This document shows positions 1 through 8,363 of a stretch of 24,659 nt of DNA, in pieces. The number at the start of each line of letters is the position of its first letter. Positions within the stretch are counted from its first letter, which is position 1. The position numbers and the translations under genes were made by a program. The notes under the pieces were generated by a model. That model made no database searches. It saw nothing but the letters and a program-made list of their open reading frames with translations, and was not told where the DNA came from. This DNA comes from Candidatus Hermodarchaeota archaeon (GTDB taxonomy: Archaea; Asgardarchaeota; Hermodarchaeia; Hermodarchaeales; Hermodarchaeaceae): the NCBI GenBank assembly GCA_016840065.1, contig JAEOTB010000047.1:1-24659 (forward strand). Reading direction: 5' to 3'.

Positions 1-1
1 C

Positions 2-88
2 TTAAGAGAGACGGCTACTCGCAGACGAAAGCCGTCTGAACTACTGAGTTGGATTGACCGCTACGAAGCAGGAACAATTCAGATTTAG
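2..88 (+). CDS. 3' end of a gene entering from the left edge (partial, unknown product)
   Basis: Frame 2 is open from the edge to TAG at 86-88 (LRETATRRRKPSELLSWIDRYEAGTIQI*) and converges on the terminator at 152-192. Too short to assign. Confidence 0.4.
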   Translation, partial: LRETATRRRKPSELLSWIDRYEAGTIQI

Positions 89-151
89 CCATCAGTAGGT
101 ACTCGGTACCATTTGTACATTAACCCTCGGATGGCATACCCACTCTAATAC

Positions 152-192
152 AAGAAAAAAGAAAAGGGGGTGGCTAGACTCCTGTCTAACCA
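152..192 (-). terminator. hairpin + U-tract terminator of the first membrane-protein gene
   Basis: Minus strand TGGTTAGAC-AGGA-GTCTAGCCA forms 9 bp including one G.U pair that exists only on this strand. It is followed by CCCCCTTTTCTTTTTTCTT and starts 13 nt after the stop. Confidence 0.75.
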
Positions 193-205
193 TACTAGAG
201 TATAT

Positions 206-565
206 CTAGACATCTCCGCCAGCGACGAAGTGGGCAACCAAGACTAGGATGCCAAGTCCGAAGCAGAGAAAGATTCCGATAATACCCCAGAGAAGGAGGG
301 TGTTTCCTCCAGGAAGATTATTCTTCCATCGTAAGCAGAGAATCCCTAAGATTAGACTGAAGATACCAAAGACGATGAAGACCACCATCATTATCAAAGC
401 TGAACCCGCAAACGCCATGAAAAATGGACCAAAGAATGGATCCAATATGAGGGGGAGCAATGAAAGTAGTGACCAAGCACCATAAGCAATACCAGCAATG
501 AATGTAATGATTCCGAGGATTCCTGTTACTAGGAGAATAGTCTTAGCAGCATCAGGATTTGCCAT
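206..565 (-). CDS. small multi-pass membrane protein, paralog 1 (DUF4064-like appearance)
   Basis: 3-4 Gly-rich hydrophobic helices. Start moved from 583 to ATG 565 (MANPDAAK) because GGAGG lies upstream of it. Similar to 797..1189 (GILCLRWKNN vs GILCLKWRSN; LPLILDP vs LPLMLLDP). Confidence 0.8.
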   Translation of the reverse strand: MANPDAAKTILLVTGILGIITFIAGIAYGAWSLLSLLPLILDPFFGPFFMAFAGSALIMMVVFIVFGIFSLILGILCLRWKNNLPGGNTLLLWGIIGIFLCFGLGILVLVAHFVAGGDV

Positions 566-577
566 TTCGTTATTTTC

Positions 578-646
578 CTCCATAAGTTGTATAGATTTCT
601 CCCATATTTAGGAGATAACGATGGATTCTTTTTTGGACTCTTTAAC
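578..646 (-). promoter_or_regulatory. TATA-like box and conserved 5' leader, copy 1
   Basis: GTTAAAG at 646-640, then TATCTCCTAAATATGGGAGAAATCTATACAACTTATGGAG, which is similar to 1201-1266. Confidence 0.6.
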
Positions 647-755
647 TCTTTTCCCCTTACACAACAGGGTATTTCGACAGAAATCAAACAGCTATAACTC
701 ACTCTGTATTCACCAAATATTGCCTGTTTTAATCGGGTGAAGTCACCTAGCACTC

Positions 756-797
756 AAAAAAAGGAGAGGGACCCAACTATGTTGATAGTGTTGGGTC
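756..797 (-). terminator. hairpin + U-tract terminator of the second membrane-protein gene
   Basis: Minus strand GACCCAAC-AC-TAT-CAAC-ATA-GTTGGGTC followed by CCTCTCC and a T run, directly at the stop codon. Confidence 0.75.
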
Positions 798-1189
798 TAG
801 TCAGCGATGATGCCAGCAAGTAGGGCCATAAGACCTGGGAAGAGGCCTACAGCCGCTGCAACTAAGGCATATGAGCCACCAAACATATAGGACATACCGC
901 CGAAGATAATACCAAGTATTCCAACGACAATGAGCCCAGTCTTGTGGTCACTTGGGTTGCTTCTCCACTTAAGGCATAGAATACCGAACACCACATTGAA
1001 AATCATGCTTAACGCGAGAACTGCGATTGACATTAGCATGATCATACCACCGATTAACAACCACAATGGGTCGAGTAACATCAGTGGCAGCATCAGAAGA
1101 TACAACAGTACGATGAATGCAACATTAGCAAAGAACGCAAGAAGGAAGAAGATACCGGCAATTAGTGACAGAGTTTCTTCAGTTGACAT
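797..1189 (-). CDS. small multi-pass membrane protein, paralog 2
   Basis: 130 aa with about 4 hydrophobic helices and a GGAG SD upstream. Paralogous to 206..565. Confidence 0.85.
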   Translation of the reverse strand: MSTEETLSLIAGIFFLLAFFANVAFIVLLYLLMLPLMLLDPLWLLIGGMIMLMSIAVLALSMIFNVVFGILCLKWRSNPSDHKTGLIVVGILGIIFGGMSYMFGGSYALVAAAVGLFPGLMALLAGIIAD

Positions 1190-1200
1190 AACTCAAAATT

Positions 1201-1266
1201 CTCCATAGTTTGTATAATGTTCTCCGTTTAGGAGATATAGCATCAACAATGTTTTCGTCTTTAAAC
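1201..1266 (-). promoter_or_regulatory. TATA-like box and conserved 5' leader, copy 2
   Basis: GTTTAAAG at 1266-1259, then TATCTCCTAAACGGAGAACATTATACAAACTATGGAG. TATA-to-leader spacing matches copy 1 (22 vs 23 nt). Confidence 0.6.
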
Positions 1267-1471
1267 CCTCGTTATTTAGCACGAAAAGAAATCGACAAAA
1301 GCCAACGTTATTAGTGGAAAATCGGCATACGACTTTCGAACATGACCAGAAACAGCGTAGCATGTATGATATGATTAGAATCTAGCCAAAATCATGAAAC
1401 GCAATGTTTATGGGAATAGGTGAAATGATGTTGTTTGTTGTACCACTAACATCTAATGGTAGGCGTCTTGA

Positions 1472-2497
1472 TTGGGTGTAAAACTTGGACAACTCGTACC
1501 ACGACAAACTCTCAAACTAGAAGATTTGCAAAGCCGCTCGTTTGCTGTTGACGCAGCGAATATTCTCCACCAATTTCTAGCCCTTATCCGAACTCCAGAC
1601 GGAGTGCCCCTCAAGGACAGTAAAGGCCGGGTCACCTCTCATCTAGTAGGTTTATTGTACCGAACTACACGCCTTGTCACCGAATACGATATGAAGTTGA
1701 TATTTGTTTTTGACGGGAAACCACCTGACCTAAAAGCTGATGAAATCGAGAAAAGGCAAAAACAGCGAAGCAAAGCCGAGAAGGACTATCAAGAAGCCCT
1801 TGCAAGAGGTGACCTAAAGACAGCCTGGTCTAAGGCAGTGTCCACCGGTCGTCTTACACGCGAAATGGCCCAAGAAGCCCAAGAACTACTGGGTTATCTT
1901 GGTATCCCCTTCATCCACGCACCCTGCGAAGGAGAAGCCCAAGCAGCATTCATGGCAACAAAGGGGGAGGTTTGGGCTTCAGCTAGTCGTGACTTTGATT
2001 CACTTCTATTCGGTGCACCTCGTCTGCTTCGCTATCTCACTCTGACTGGGCGGAAACGATTACCTAAACGTGGTACCTCAGTTCCTCTCCAACCAGAACT
2101 CATCGAGCTGAGTAGAGTTCTCGCAGAGCACAAGCTTACTAGGGAACAGCTTGTGGACATGGCTCTCCTTATTGGGACTGACTTTAATTCTGGGGTTCGT
2201 GGGATTGGCCCAAAGACGGCTTTGAAACTCATCACGGAACACAAGAGCTTAGAAAATTTGCCTTCTGACATTCTCGAGAAACTTTCCCCCAACTATCCAA
2301 AGGTTCGTGAATTATTCCTTCATCATCCAGTGACAGAGGAATACAGCATATCGCCTACACCGATGGATAAGGAAGGGCTTGTTCGCTTCCTATGCGATGA
2401 AAGAGGGTTCTCACGTGAAAGGGTTCTTAGTGTCGTGGATCGACTCGCTAAGGCCAAAGAACCAAAGCGTCAACGAAGCCTTGATTCGTGGACATGA
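1472..2497 (+). CDS. fen: flap endonuclease 1 (archaeal FEN-1)
   Basis: MGV start, AVDAxNxLHQFLxxIRxPDGxPLKDSKGRVTSHL, VFDGKPP, EGEAQAA, SxDFDSLLFG, H2TH GTDFNxGVRGIGPKTA, and C-terminal PIP box QRSLDSW. Confidence 0.97.
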   Translation: MGVKLGQLVPRQTLKLEDLQSRSFAVDAANILHQFLALIRTPDGVPLKDSKGRVTSHLVGLLYRTTRLVTEYDMKLIFVFDGKPPDLKADEIEKRQKQRSKAEKDYQEALARGDLKTAWSKAVSTGRLTREMAQEAQELLGYLGIPFIHAPCEGEAQAAFMATKGEVWASASRDFDSLLFGAPRLLRYLTLTGRKRLPKRGTSVPLQPELIELSRVLAEHKLTREQLVDMALLIGTDFNSGVRGIGPKTALKLITEHKSLENLPSDILEKLSPNYPKVRELFLHHPVTEEYSISPTPMDKEGLVRFLCDERGFSRERVLSVVDRLAKAKEPKRQRSLDSWT

Positions 2498-2503
2498 TTG
2501 ATT

Positions 2504-4159
2504 CTAGTATCCATGGATTGGTTTTCCGCAACCGCAGTATCTTTGGCTTAGTGGTGTTTGTGCACCACAGAAAGGACATCTTCCAGCAATGCTGCTCCAA
2601 AACATGTTAAGATTGTTTATTGCTTCTGTATCGAGTAATCCAGCTCTGACAAATTGTTTAATACCATGTTCGATGTGGGCCTTTGAGTCCACGTGAGTTA
2701 GGGCGTTGAGTGCAAGCGCCTGTTGGTCAATGTTGATACTGAAATGGGGATCACTGATTTCGGAGCGTACAAGTTGTTGTAGACTTGTATTGAGAGTAGT
2801 ATCAAAGACCTCAACAACAGGATTATTCGGTGAAATTGGATTTATCTTAAGGGGAGATACCACACCGTAGCGGATGGATCCTTCAAGGAGTTTAACCAGA
2901 AATATTGGAACTAGAACCCGCGTTATTGGTGCAGGTCCTTGAAGCTCTACGGCTGGCGTGCTTAGCGCTGAGAATTGTTGGTGCTGCTGAATAATGGTGG
3001 TCTCTATTGACTTTACAGCTTGTTTTAACTCCCAATAGCACTTAATAATCCGTTCTCGAAGGGAATCTAATTCAATTAATTCAGGGGATGTCTCAACAGC
3101 ATCTGTTGTTTCCTTCAATAAATCAGCTGGTGTAGTGACGGGAGCTTCTGGAGGTGTTGGGGCTGTCCCTGAAGTTTGGCTTCGGCTCCAAAGCCAGCGT
3201 TGCTCTGCCGCCTGTAATTGTGAGAAACTCGCATTTAATTCAGTTAGTCCTTGTTGTAGAAGGTTAGAGAATTCATTGGAGGTTGTCTGCAATCTAACAA
3301 GCTGATTCTTTACTTCCACAAGGACACGTTCTAGCTCTGAGGGTTTGGCTCGTATATCACCAATTAAGCGGCGACATTGTTCGGCTGAAAACTTGAGTGT
3401 CTCCTCTATGCTTCCTAGAATCTGAGACACCTTCTGAGAAATTTGCTGCTTCTCTCCTTCTAATTGTTGTGTCGCCTCATCTACAACAGTGTCAGTTGAA
3501 GCTGTTGCTTTAGACGTCGGAGTAGCTTGTCCAAGTGTAGAGCTGTGCAGAGCTTGGCGCGTCTCATCAAGGAGACGTAGTTGCTTCTCTGAATACCCAT
3601 CGATACGAATCAGAGTTTCCTTTATTTCTTTCATTGATTTTTCTATTCGAGTGAGTTCGACTCGAAAGGTGCTACCCATATCATGAATCTCTGCTGTAGA
3701 AAGAATGGAATCAGCTATCTCTTCATTTCCAGGTTCTGCAAGAGAGGGGTTGACGAGTTGTTGTATACGCCCAACAATACCCGGATGAATAACATTACGG
3801 AGAATTATCGACTCTTCCGGTTTTGTTTGAATTCTCTCTAAAATTCCTCTAAGGATATCGGGCACATTTTCTAATTTGTGTACAATACGGAGTCTTGTTT
3901 GAATCTCAGAATGAGTGGGTGGTGCTGCATGCCTGATCTCCTTGTCTGATGAACTAATTCCACTAATTAACAAGCTTTGACCTGGTGTGGCGTGAACCAA
4001 GAAGAAAGGAAGATACATGTGAGAGATATACGAGAAGCGTGTATTCTTTGGGACTTGCCTGTGTAGCAATCTCAGGGCTGCTACTAATTCTGTTCCCATC
4101 GAATGCTCTAAACCTAGTGTATTAGTTTGAAGAAACGAAGCTACCTTTGTTACGAACAT
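2504..4159 (-). CDS. hypothetical coiled-coil protein with C-terminal zinc ribbon
   Basis: 551-aa ORF with a long heptad-like central region, globular-looking ends (YLPFFLV; LVPIFLV..RYGVVSP) and terminal CPFCG-x8-CGCG. Confidence 0.8.
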   Translation of the reverse strand: MFVTKVASFLQTNTLGLEHSMGTELVAALRLLHRQVPKNTRFSYISHMYLPFFLVHATPGQSLLISGISSSDKEIRHAAPPTHSEIQTRLRIVHKLENVPDILRGILERIQTKPEESIILRNVIHPGIVGRIQQLVNPSLAEPGNEEIADSILSTAEIHDMGSTFRVELTRIEKSMKEIKETLIRIDGYSEKQLRLLDETRQALHSSTLGQATPTSKATASTDTVVDEATQQLEGEKQQISQKVSQILGSIEETLKFSAEQCRRLIGDIRAKPSELERVLVEVKNQLVRLQTTSNEFSNLLQQGLTELNASFSQLQAAEQRWLWSRSQTSGTAPTPPEAPVTTPADLLKETTDAVETSPELIELDSLRERIIKCYWELKQAVKSIETTIIQQHQQFSALSTPAVELQGPAPITRVLVPIFLVKLLEGSIRYGVVSPLKINPISPNNPVVEVFDTTLNTSLQQLVRSEISDPHFSINIDQQALALNALTHVDSKAHIEHGIKQFVRAGLLDTEAINNLNMFWSSIAGRCPFCGAQTPLSQRYCGCGKPIHGY

Positions 4160-4280
4160 GAGATATACCCCTGTTTGTCAACGTATTCACTATTCACTAG
4201 AATAAGCTCAATGGTATCGGATAAACTTTTTTGCCAGTACTATCCTTTGGGTATTCACTATCTATTTTGATGTGTTGTAG

Positions 4281-5657
4281 ATGACGAAGCGTATCATAGT
4301 TATCGGATGTGGAACAGCTGGTGCAGCAGCTACACTACAAGCACGTAAAACTAACCGCGAGGCCACTATCACCTTATTACAAGATGAAGCAAGCCCTGAA
4401 TATAGTCGCTGTGGACTTCCTTATGCAGTAAATAAGACAATACCAAATATCGAGGACCTTGTCATTCACCCACCAGATTTCTACGAAGGTAGGCTTGTTG
4501 GTGCAGACCTACAATTGAATACAACCGCTACAAAGATTGATTTGAAATCAAAAACAGTACATATCAAGGGGCCTAGTGACAAGGCTGATTCTCTGCTCTT
4601 TGATTCACTCGTTATTGCTACAGGTTCCCGTCCTAGTGCGCCTCCTATGGATGGGCTCGATTCACCCCAAGTGTATCGTATGCATACCTTAGATGATGCA
4701 CGAGCAGTCCAAGCGGCTGCAAAAAAGGGTATGAGTGTAGCAATCATTGGAGCAGGTCTGGTGGGGATGGAAACTGCCGAGTCCCTGCACTCTCTTGGGC
4801 TCAATGTGACTGTTATTGAATTCCTTGATTCAGTACTCCCTGCCATGATAGACGCAGATTTTTCTGGGGATATTGTGGAACGAATGGAGGAAGAGGGAAT
4901 TACCGTTAAACTGGGCACTGCAGCCAAGGCAGTAGTTCCTGGAAAGGTTCGAGTTGAAAAGCGTGCATTAGGAGAGATAGAGGAGGTGTCAGCGGATTTG
5001 GTTGTTGTTGCGACAGGTGTCCGATCAAACACGACTCTTGCTTCAGAGGCAGGTATCAAAGTTAACCGCGGCATTGTTGTGGATGAGCGAATGGCTACGA
5101 GTGAGCCTGGTGTTTTTGCAGCTGGTGACTGTGCAGAGCATCTCGACCTTGTGACTGGACAAACAGTTGTATCTGGTTTAGGTAGTGTGGCTCTACGTCA
5201 GGGCGAAGTCGCGGGTATAAACGCTGCCGGTGGAACGGCCAAGTTAGCTGGTGTGATTTTGGCACGAACCACTCATCTATTCGGTTTAGAAATCGCAGCG
5301 GTTGGTCCTACTCGACACACTGCTGAACGTGCTGAACTCCCAGTTCTGGCAGGAAAGTTCAGGGGCAGTAAAACCGCAGAATACTATCCCAGCGAGGGTG
5401 AAGTTTCGGTTAAACTTCTTGCAAACAAGGAAACAGGAGTTCTTCTAGGTGGCCAGGTTATTGGTCCCTGTGCCCATCAACGTGCTAACGTGCTTGGCGC
5501 AGCTCTTATGGCTAAAATGTCAATCAGTCAAGTCGCTAGCTTGGAAACTTGCTATGCTCCACCAGTGGCACCCATACGTGAACCTGTAGCTCTTGCTGCT
5601 AAGATTCTAGCCCTACGCTACGCTAAACTCAAGGAACGCCGCAGTAAATCAAGCTAG
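4281..5657 (+). CDS. FAD-dependent pyridine nucleotide-disulfide oxidoreductase, CoA-disulfide reductase/NADH oxidase family
   Basis: GxGxAG FAD motif, single redox Cys SRCGLPY, ATG motifs, IIGAGLVGMETAE, FAAGD and C-terminal YAPP. Confidence 0.92.
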   Translation: MTKRIIVIGCGTAGAAATLQARKTNREATITLLQDEASPEYSRCGLPYAVNKTIPNIEDLVIHPPDFYEGRLVGADLQLNTTATKIDLKSKTVHIKGPSDKADSLLFDSLVIATGSRPSAPPMDGLDSPQVYRMHTLDDARAVQAAAKKGMSVAIIGAGLVGMETAESLHSLGLNVTVIEFLDSVLPAMIDADFSGDIVERMEEEGITVKLGTAAKAVVPGKVRVEKRALGEIEEVSADLVVVATGVRSNTTLASEAGIKVNRGIVVDERMATSEPGVFAAGDCAEHLDLVTGQTVVSGLGSVALRQGEVAGINAAGGTAKLAGVILARTTHLFGLEIAAVGPTRHTAERAELPVLAGKFRGSKTAEYYPSEGEVSVKLLANKETGVLLGGQVIGPCAHQRANVLGAALMAKMSISQVASLETCYAPPVAPIREPVALAAKILALRYAKLKERRSKSS

Positions 5658-5665
5658 ACCGTAGC

Positions 5666-6478
5666 CTAGCATACTTTCTCCCCACGAACAAGTAGGTGAC
5701 GTTTTGGTAGTGGCGAATCCGCCTTGACTTTCACCTTAAATCGCTTCAGATGCAGCTCAATTGGGGTAAAGTCAGCATCGTATGTAATACGGAAACCAGT
5801 TTTTTCTAGCAGTTGCACAAACTCTGTTCTCAGAAAAGGTGTGTGCTCTTCGTTCATCTCTTCATCTTCCAAGGGGGTTCCCAATGCGAAAATCTTCGTA
5901 ATGAAGTCATAGAAGTCACGCATACTCATTCCTTGCCATCCCCCACTGAGTTCTTCAAAGGTGATTGTGCGTGGTTGAAAGTGTTCAGCGAAGTATTGTA
6001 ACTTTGGTTGTAACTTCTCGGGAAGCTTCACCTTTATCTGAGCTGAGCCAGGGTTTTGGTGATCAAGCACAACTATACTACCGTTGTCACTTAGTAAACT
6101 GAAGATTCTTTCAAATGTACTGGACAGAGCATCTGGTCCTAGAAAGCAGAAGATTTCGTGCAGGAACTGAATTGCTACGACGACATCAAAGGACTCAGGT
6201 CTAAAGGGTAGTTCGGGTATATGTGAAAGAACGAGAGTACTCCTTGTAGTTACTCGCTGGTTTTTCTGTTTACTAATCAGATATGCGGACTGGTCAACAG
6301 CTACAATTTCAGCATTAGGTACACGCTGAGCTAGGAAAGGCACGACAGCCCCGATCCCACTACCAAGGTCAAGAATCGTTGAAGCGCCTGGTTTAACGAG
6401 CTGGGCTACTGCTTCTAGTCTTGCACGCCGTCCCTTAGGGCTTAGGACACGGGCCATCGTCCGCTCGGATTCTGACAT
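5666..6478 (-). CDS. class I SAM-dependent methyltransferase
   Basis: Motif I ILDLGSGIG, VAVDQS, LPFRPESFDVV, FLHE and LSDNGSIVVLD. Confidence 0.88.
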   Translation of the reverse strand: MSESERTMARVLSPKGRRARLEAVAQLVKPGASTILDLGSGIGAVVPFLAQRVPNAEIVAVDQSAYLISKQKNQRVTTRSTLVLSHIPELPFRPESFDVVVAIQFLHEIFCFLGPDALSSTFERIFSLLSDNGSIVVLDHQNPGSAQIKVKLPEKLQPKLQYFAEHFQPRTITFEELSGGWQGMSMRDFYDFITKIFALGTPLEDEEMNEEHTPFLRTEFVQLLEKTGFRITYDADFTPIELHLKRFKVKVKADSPLPKRHLLVRGEKVC

Positions 6479-6524
6479 TATGCAACACTTTGTGAAACAC
6501 TTCTACAAAAATAGATGTAAGGAG

Positions 6525-6572
6525 AAAAAACACCTCCTCCAGTGAGAGGATATGAAATCTACTAGAGGAGGT
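6525..6572 (-). terminator. hairpin + U-tract terminator downstream of the Zn-ribbon gene
   Basis: Minus strand ACCTCCTCTAGT...ACTGGAGGAGGT forms 12 bp with one strand-specific G.U pair, followed by GTTTTTT. Confidence 0.75.
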
Positions 6573-6655
6573 CGCTAACTTACCGACTGGAGATTGGGGC
6601 CTTCCCCGCTAATCTGTAAAGATTGATGCCGTCTTGAAATCTGTAGTTATCGCTT

Positions 6656-6985
6656 TTACTCAGCGGAGATAACAAGGCGCCAAGCGGTGTTCTTTCTACA
6701 CTTACCACACGGAGGCGTCCGGTTTCCTCTAGCTACAGGGATTACTTGTGCATGGCAACCTACACAAAGATACAGACCGGATTTTGGAGTCTGTTTGCTT
6801 ATTCCGATTGTTTCCTTGTCAGCCACTCCTGCCACTCCAACGTTTACCCAAGTCGCGGCACCACCATGACATGGTGGGAATCGCTCGTCCTTGGACAAGG
6901 GGATGATGTTACCACACTCTTTACAGTAATAGATAGCGGATTCAGGGTTTGTCTTCCCAGTATTGTATGTATCTTTAACAGGCAT
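6656..6985 (-). CDS. small tandem zinc-ribbon protein (YjzC-like repeats)
   Basis: Two copies of PxS[AG]xYxCxxC-x-IP-x5-RxPPC...W, with a GAGGT SD upstream. Confidence 0.8.
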   Translation of the reverse strand: MPVKDTYNTGKTNPESAIYYCKECGNIIPLSKDERFPPCHGGAATWVNVGVAGVADKETIGISKQTPKSGLYLCVGCHAQVIPVARGNRTPPCGKCRKNTAWRLVISAE

Positions 6986-7104
6986 TCTAGTTTACCTCAA
7001 TGATGATTTTATTCGGTAGTTCCTTAAAAGTCTTATAAGTCTTCTACTTTTCCAAGTTGGCAGTTCACTCCACAGTTTATTATCTAATGTAGAAGGATAA
7101 GCCA

Positions 7105-8241
7105 CTACGAAACCTCAGGCCTTTCTTGTATCCTCTTTAGCACCACACGCCATTCTTCAGTACCATGTAGGAGTTTGAATTCCTGACGACTCATAGTGTA
7201 TTCAAGGTGGGTCCAACCTTGATCAACTGCCTTGTGAAGGTACCTTATTGCAGCATCCCTATCCCCTAGTGACGCTGCTGAAAGAGCGGCGAGATGGTAG
7301 AACCAATAGGCTACATCATCTAGGGCAAAAGCCCTTTCAAAGCTCTCCAAAGCCTCTCGGTATTGCGTGGCATGGAATTGACGCATCCCTGTCTCAGCGA
7401 GGTGTTCAGCTTCGTCGAACATACAGTAGTACCAGATGTATTCGTGAGTCAGGGAGAATCCCACTTTCTCGGCAGTTCCGATGGACCCTAGATTTTCTTC
7501 ATTCGAATGCCATCCGATCTTGGTGAAGCCTTTCGATAAACAGTAGTCGACTGTCGCGGCAGTGTTAAGTGTTGCCAAACCTCGACGACGATAATCTTCG
7601 TGAGTGCGGATTCCTATTTCACATTCTTCTCCACTAACACAGTCTGCAATGCACCACGAAACAACGTTGTTATTGTGAATCATCGCAAATCCGAAGCCCC
7701 GTCCCAAGAAGTCTTCTATAGAACCCCAGTTTGCTTTCATCCAATTGGTGAGGTGGTCAGGGATATCTAGATCTGTTCTCTTTAGAAACTCCTGATTAAC
7801 TCGATGGATGGAAAAGCCTTCAGGAAGTTTCTCCTTCCAATCGATTTTCAGTGAGGTGTATGTATAGTATTTTCTCGGTATCTTTTGCGGGGGTCGAGTT
7901 TCAAAGATTACATCAAACTTCGTTGTCCACGACTCAGGGTGAATACAGACTACCATGTAATCAGCACTTACCCAAAGAGAGTCTCCAGCAAATATTCTGT
8001 TTAGAATCAAATCCCTTAGAGCCGCATTGAAGGAGTCATTGTTTACATTGCCTGCTAGGTAGTTTCCCTCGACAGAACACATGAAGGCGCTGCGAGGATT
8101 GTCGATATTGTCAACATAGACCTTGCCAGGACATGTACCTTCAATGACCGCCCGGATGGTCAGCTGATAATCAATTGGCGCAAATATCCGCCGAACCTTT
8201 TCGTAATCTACTTTATCTAATTCGTAAATGAAAGTAATCAC
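7105..8241 (-). CDS. GNAT N-acetyltransferase with C-terminal TPR region
   Basis: EIGIRTHEDYRRRGLA acetyl-CoA motif, NLGSIGTAEKVGF, and TPR-like C-terminus (ALESFERAFALD...AIRYLHKAVDQGW). Exact start uncertain. Confidence 0.88.
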   Translation of the reverse strand: MITFIYELDKVDYEKVRRIFAPIDYQLTIRAVIEGTCPGKVYVDNIDNPRSAFMCSVEGNYLAGNVNNDSFNAALRDLILNRIFAGDSLWVSADYMVVCIHPESWTTKFDVIFETRPPQKIPRKYYTYTSLKIDWKEKLPEGFSIHRVNQEFLKRTDLDIPDHLTNWMKANWGSIEDFLGRGFGFAMIHNNNVVSWCIADCVSGEECEIGIRTHEDYRRRGLATLNTAATVDYCLSKGFTKIGWHSNEENLGSIGTAEKVGFSLTHEYIWYYCMFDEAEHLAETGMRQFHATQYREALESFERAFALDDVAYWFYHLAALSAASLGDRDAAIRYLHKAVDQGWTHLEYTMSRQEFKLLHGTEEWRVVLKRIQERPEVS

Positions 8242-8363
8242 TCCAAAGAGTGGATAATAAGTGAGCCGTACCTCTTAGACACTAGCTTTTAGGTTTATCG
8301 ACTAAGGAAAACGATGTAACCCCACGACCATTGCCCATTAGAGCGCTTATTCTCAAGCGTTCT

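Noticed and set aside
9-38. AGACGGCT...AGCCGTCT inverted repeat at the window start
   Set aside because: It lies in a probable coding frame, has no U-tract and occurs once, so it is likely chance.
4481-5074. 197-aa antisense ORF and the other short overlapping ORFs in the track
   Set aside because: They are shadows of well-supported genes on the opposite strand or frame and carry no motifs.
6573-6653. SECIS or self-cleaving ribozyme interpretation of the 3' structure
   Set aside because: The upstream gene has no in-frame TGA (it ends TAA), and no AUGA/GA quartet or hammerhead core was found.
6999-7080. ATGATGA C-box-like motif (possible C/D box sRNA)
   Set aside because: No CTGA D box follows at a suitable distance, and it overlaps the opposite-strand promoter/SD region.
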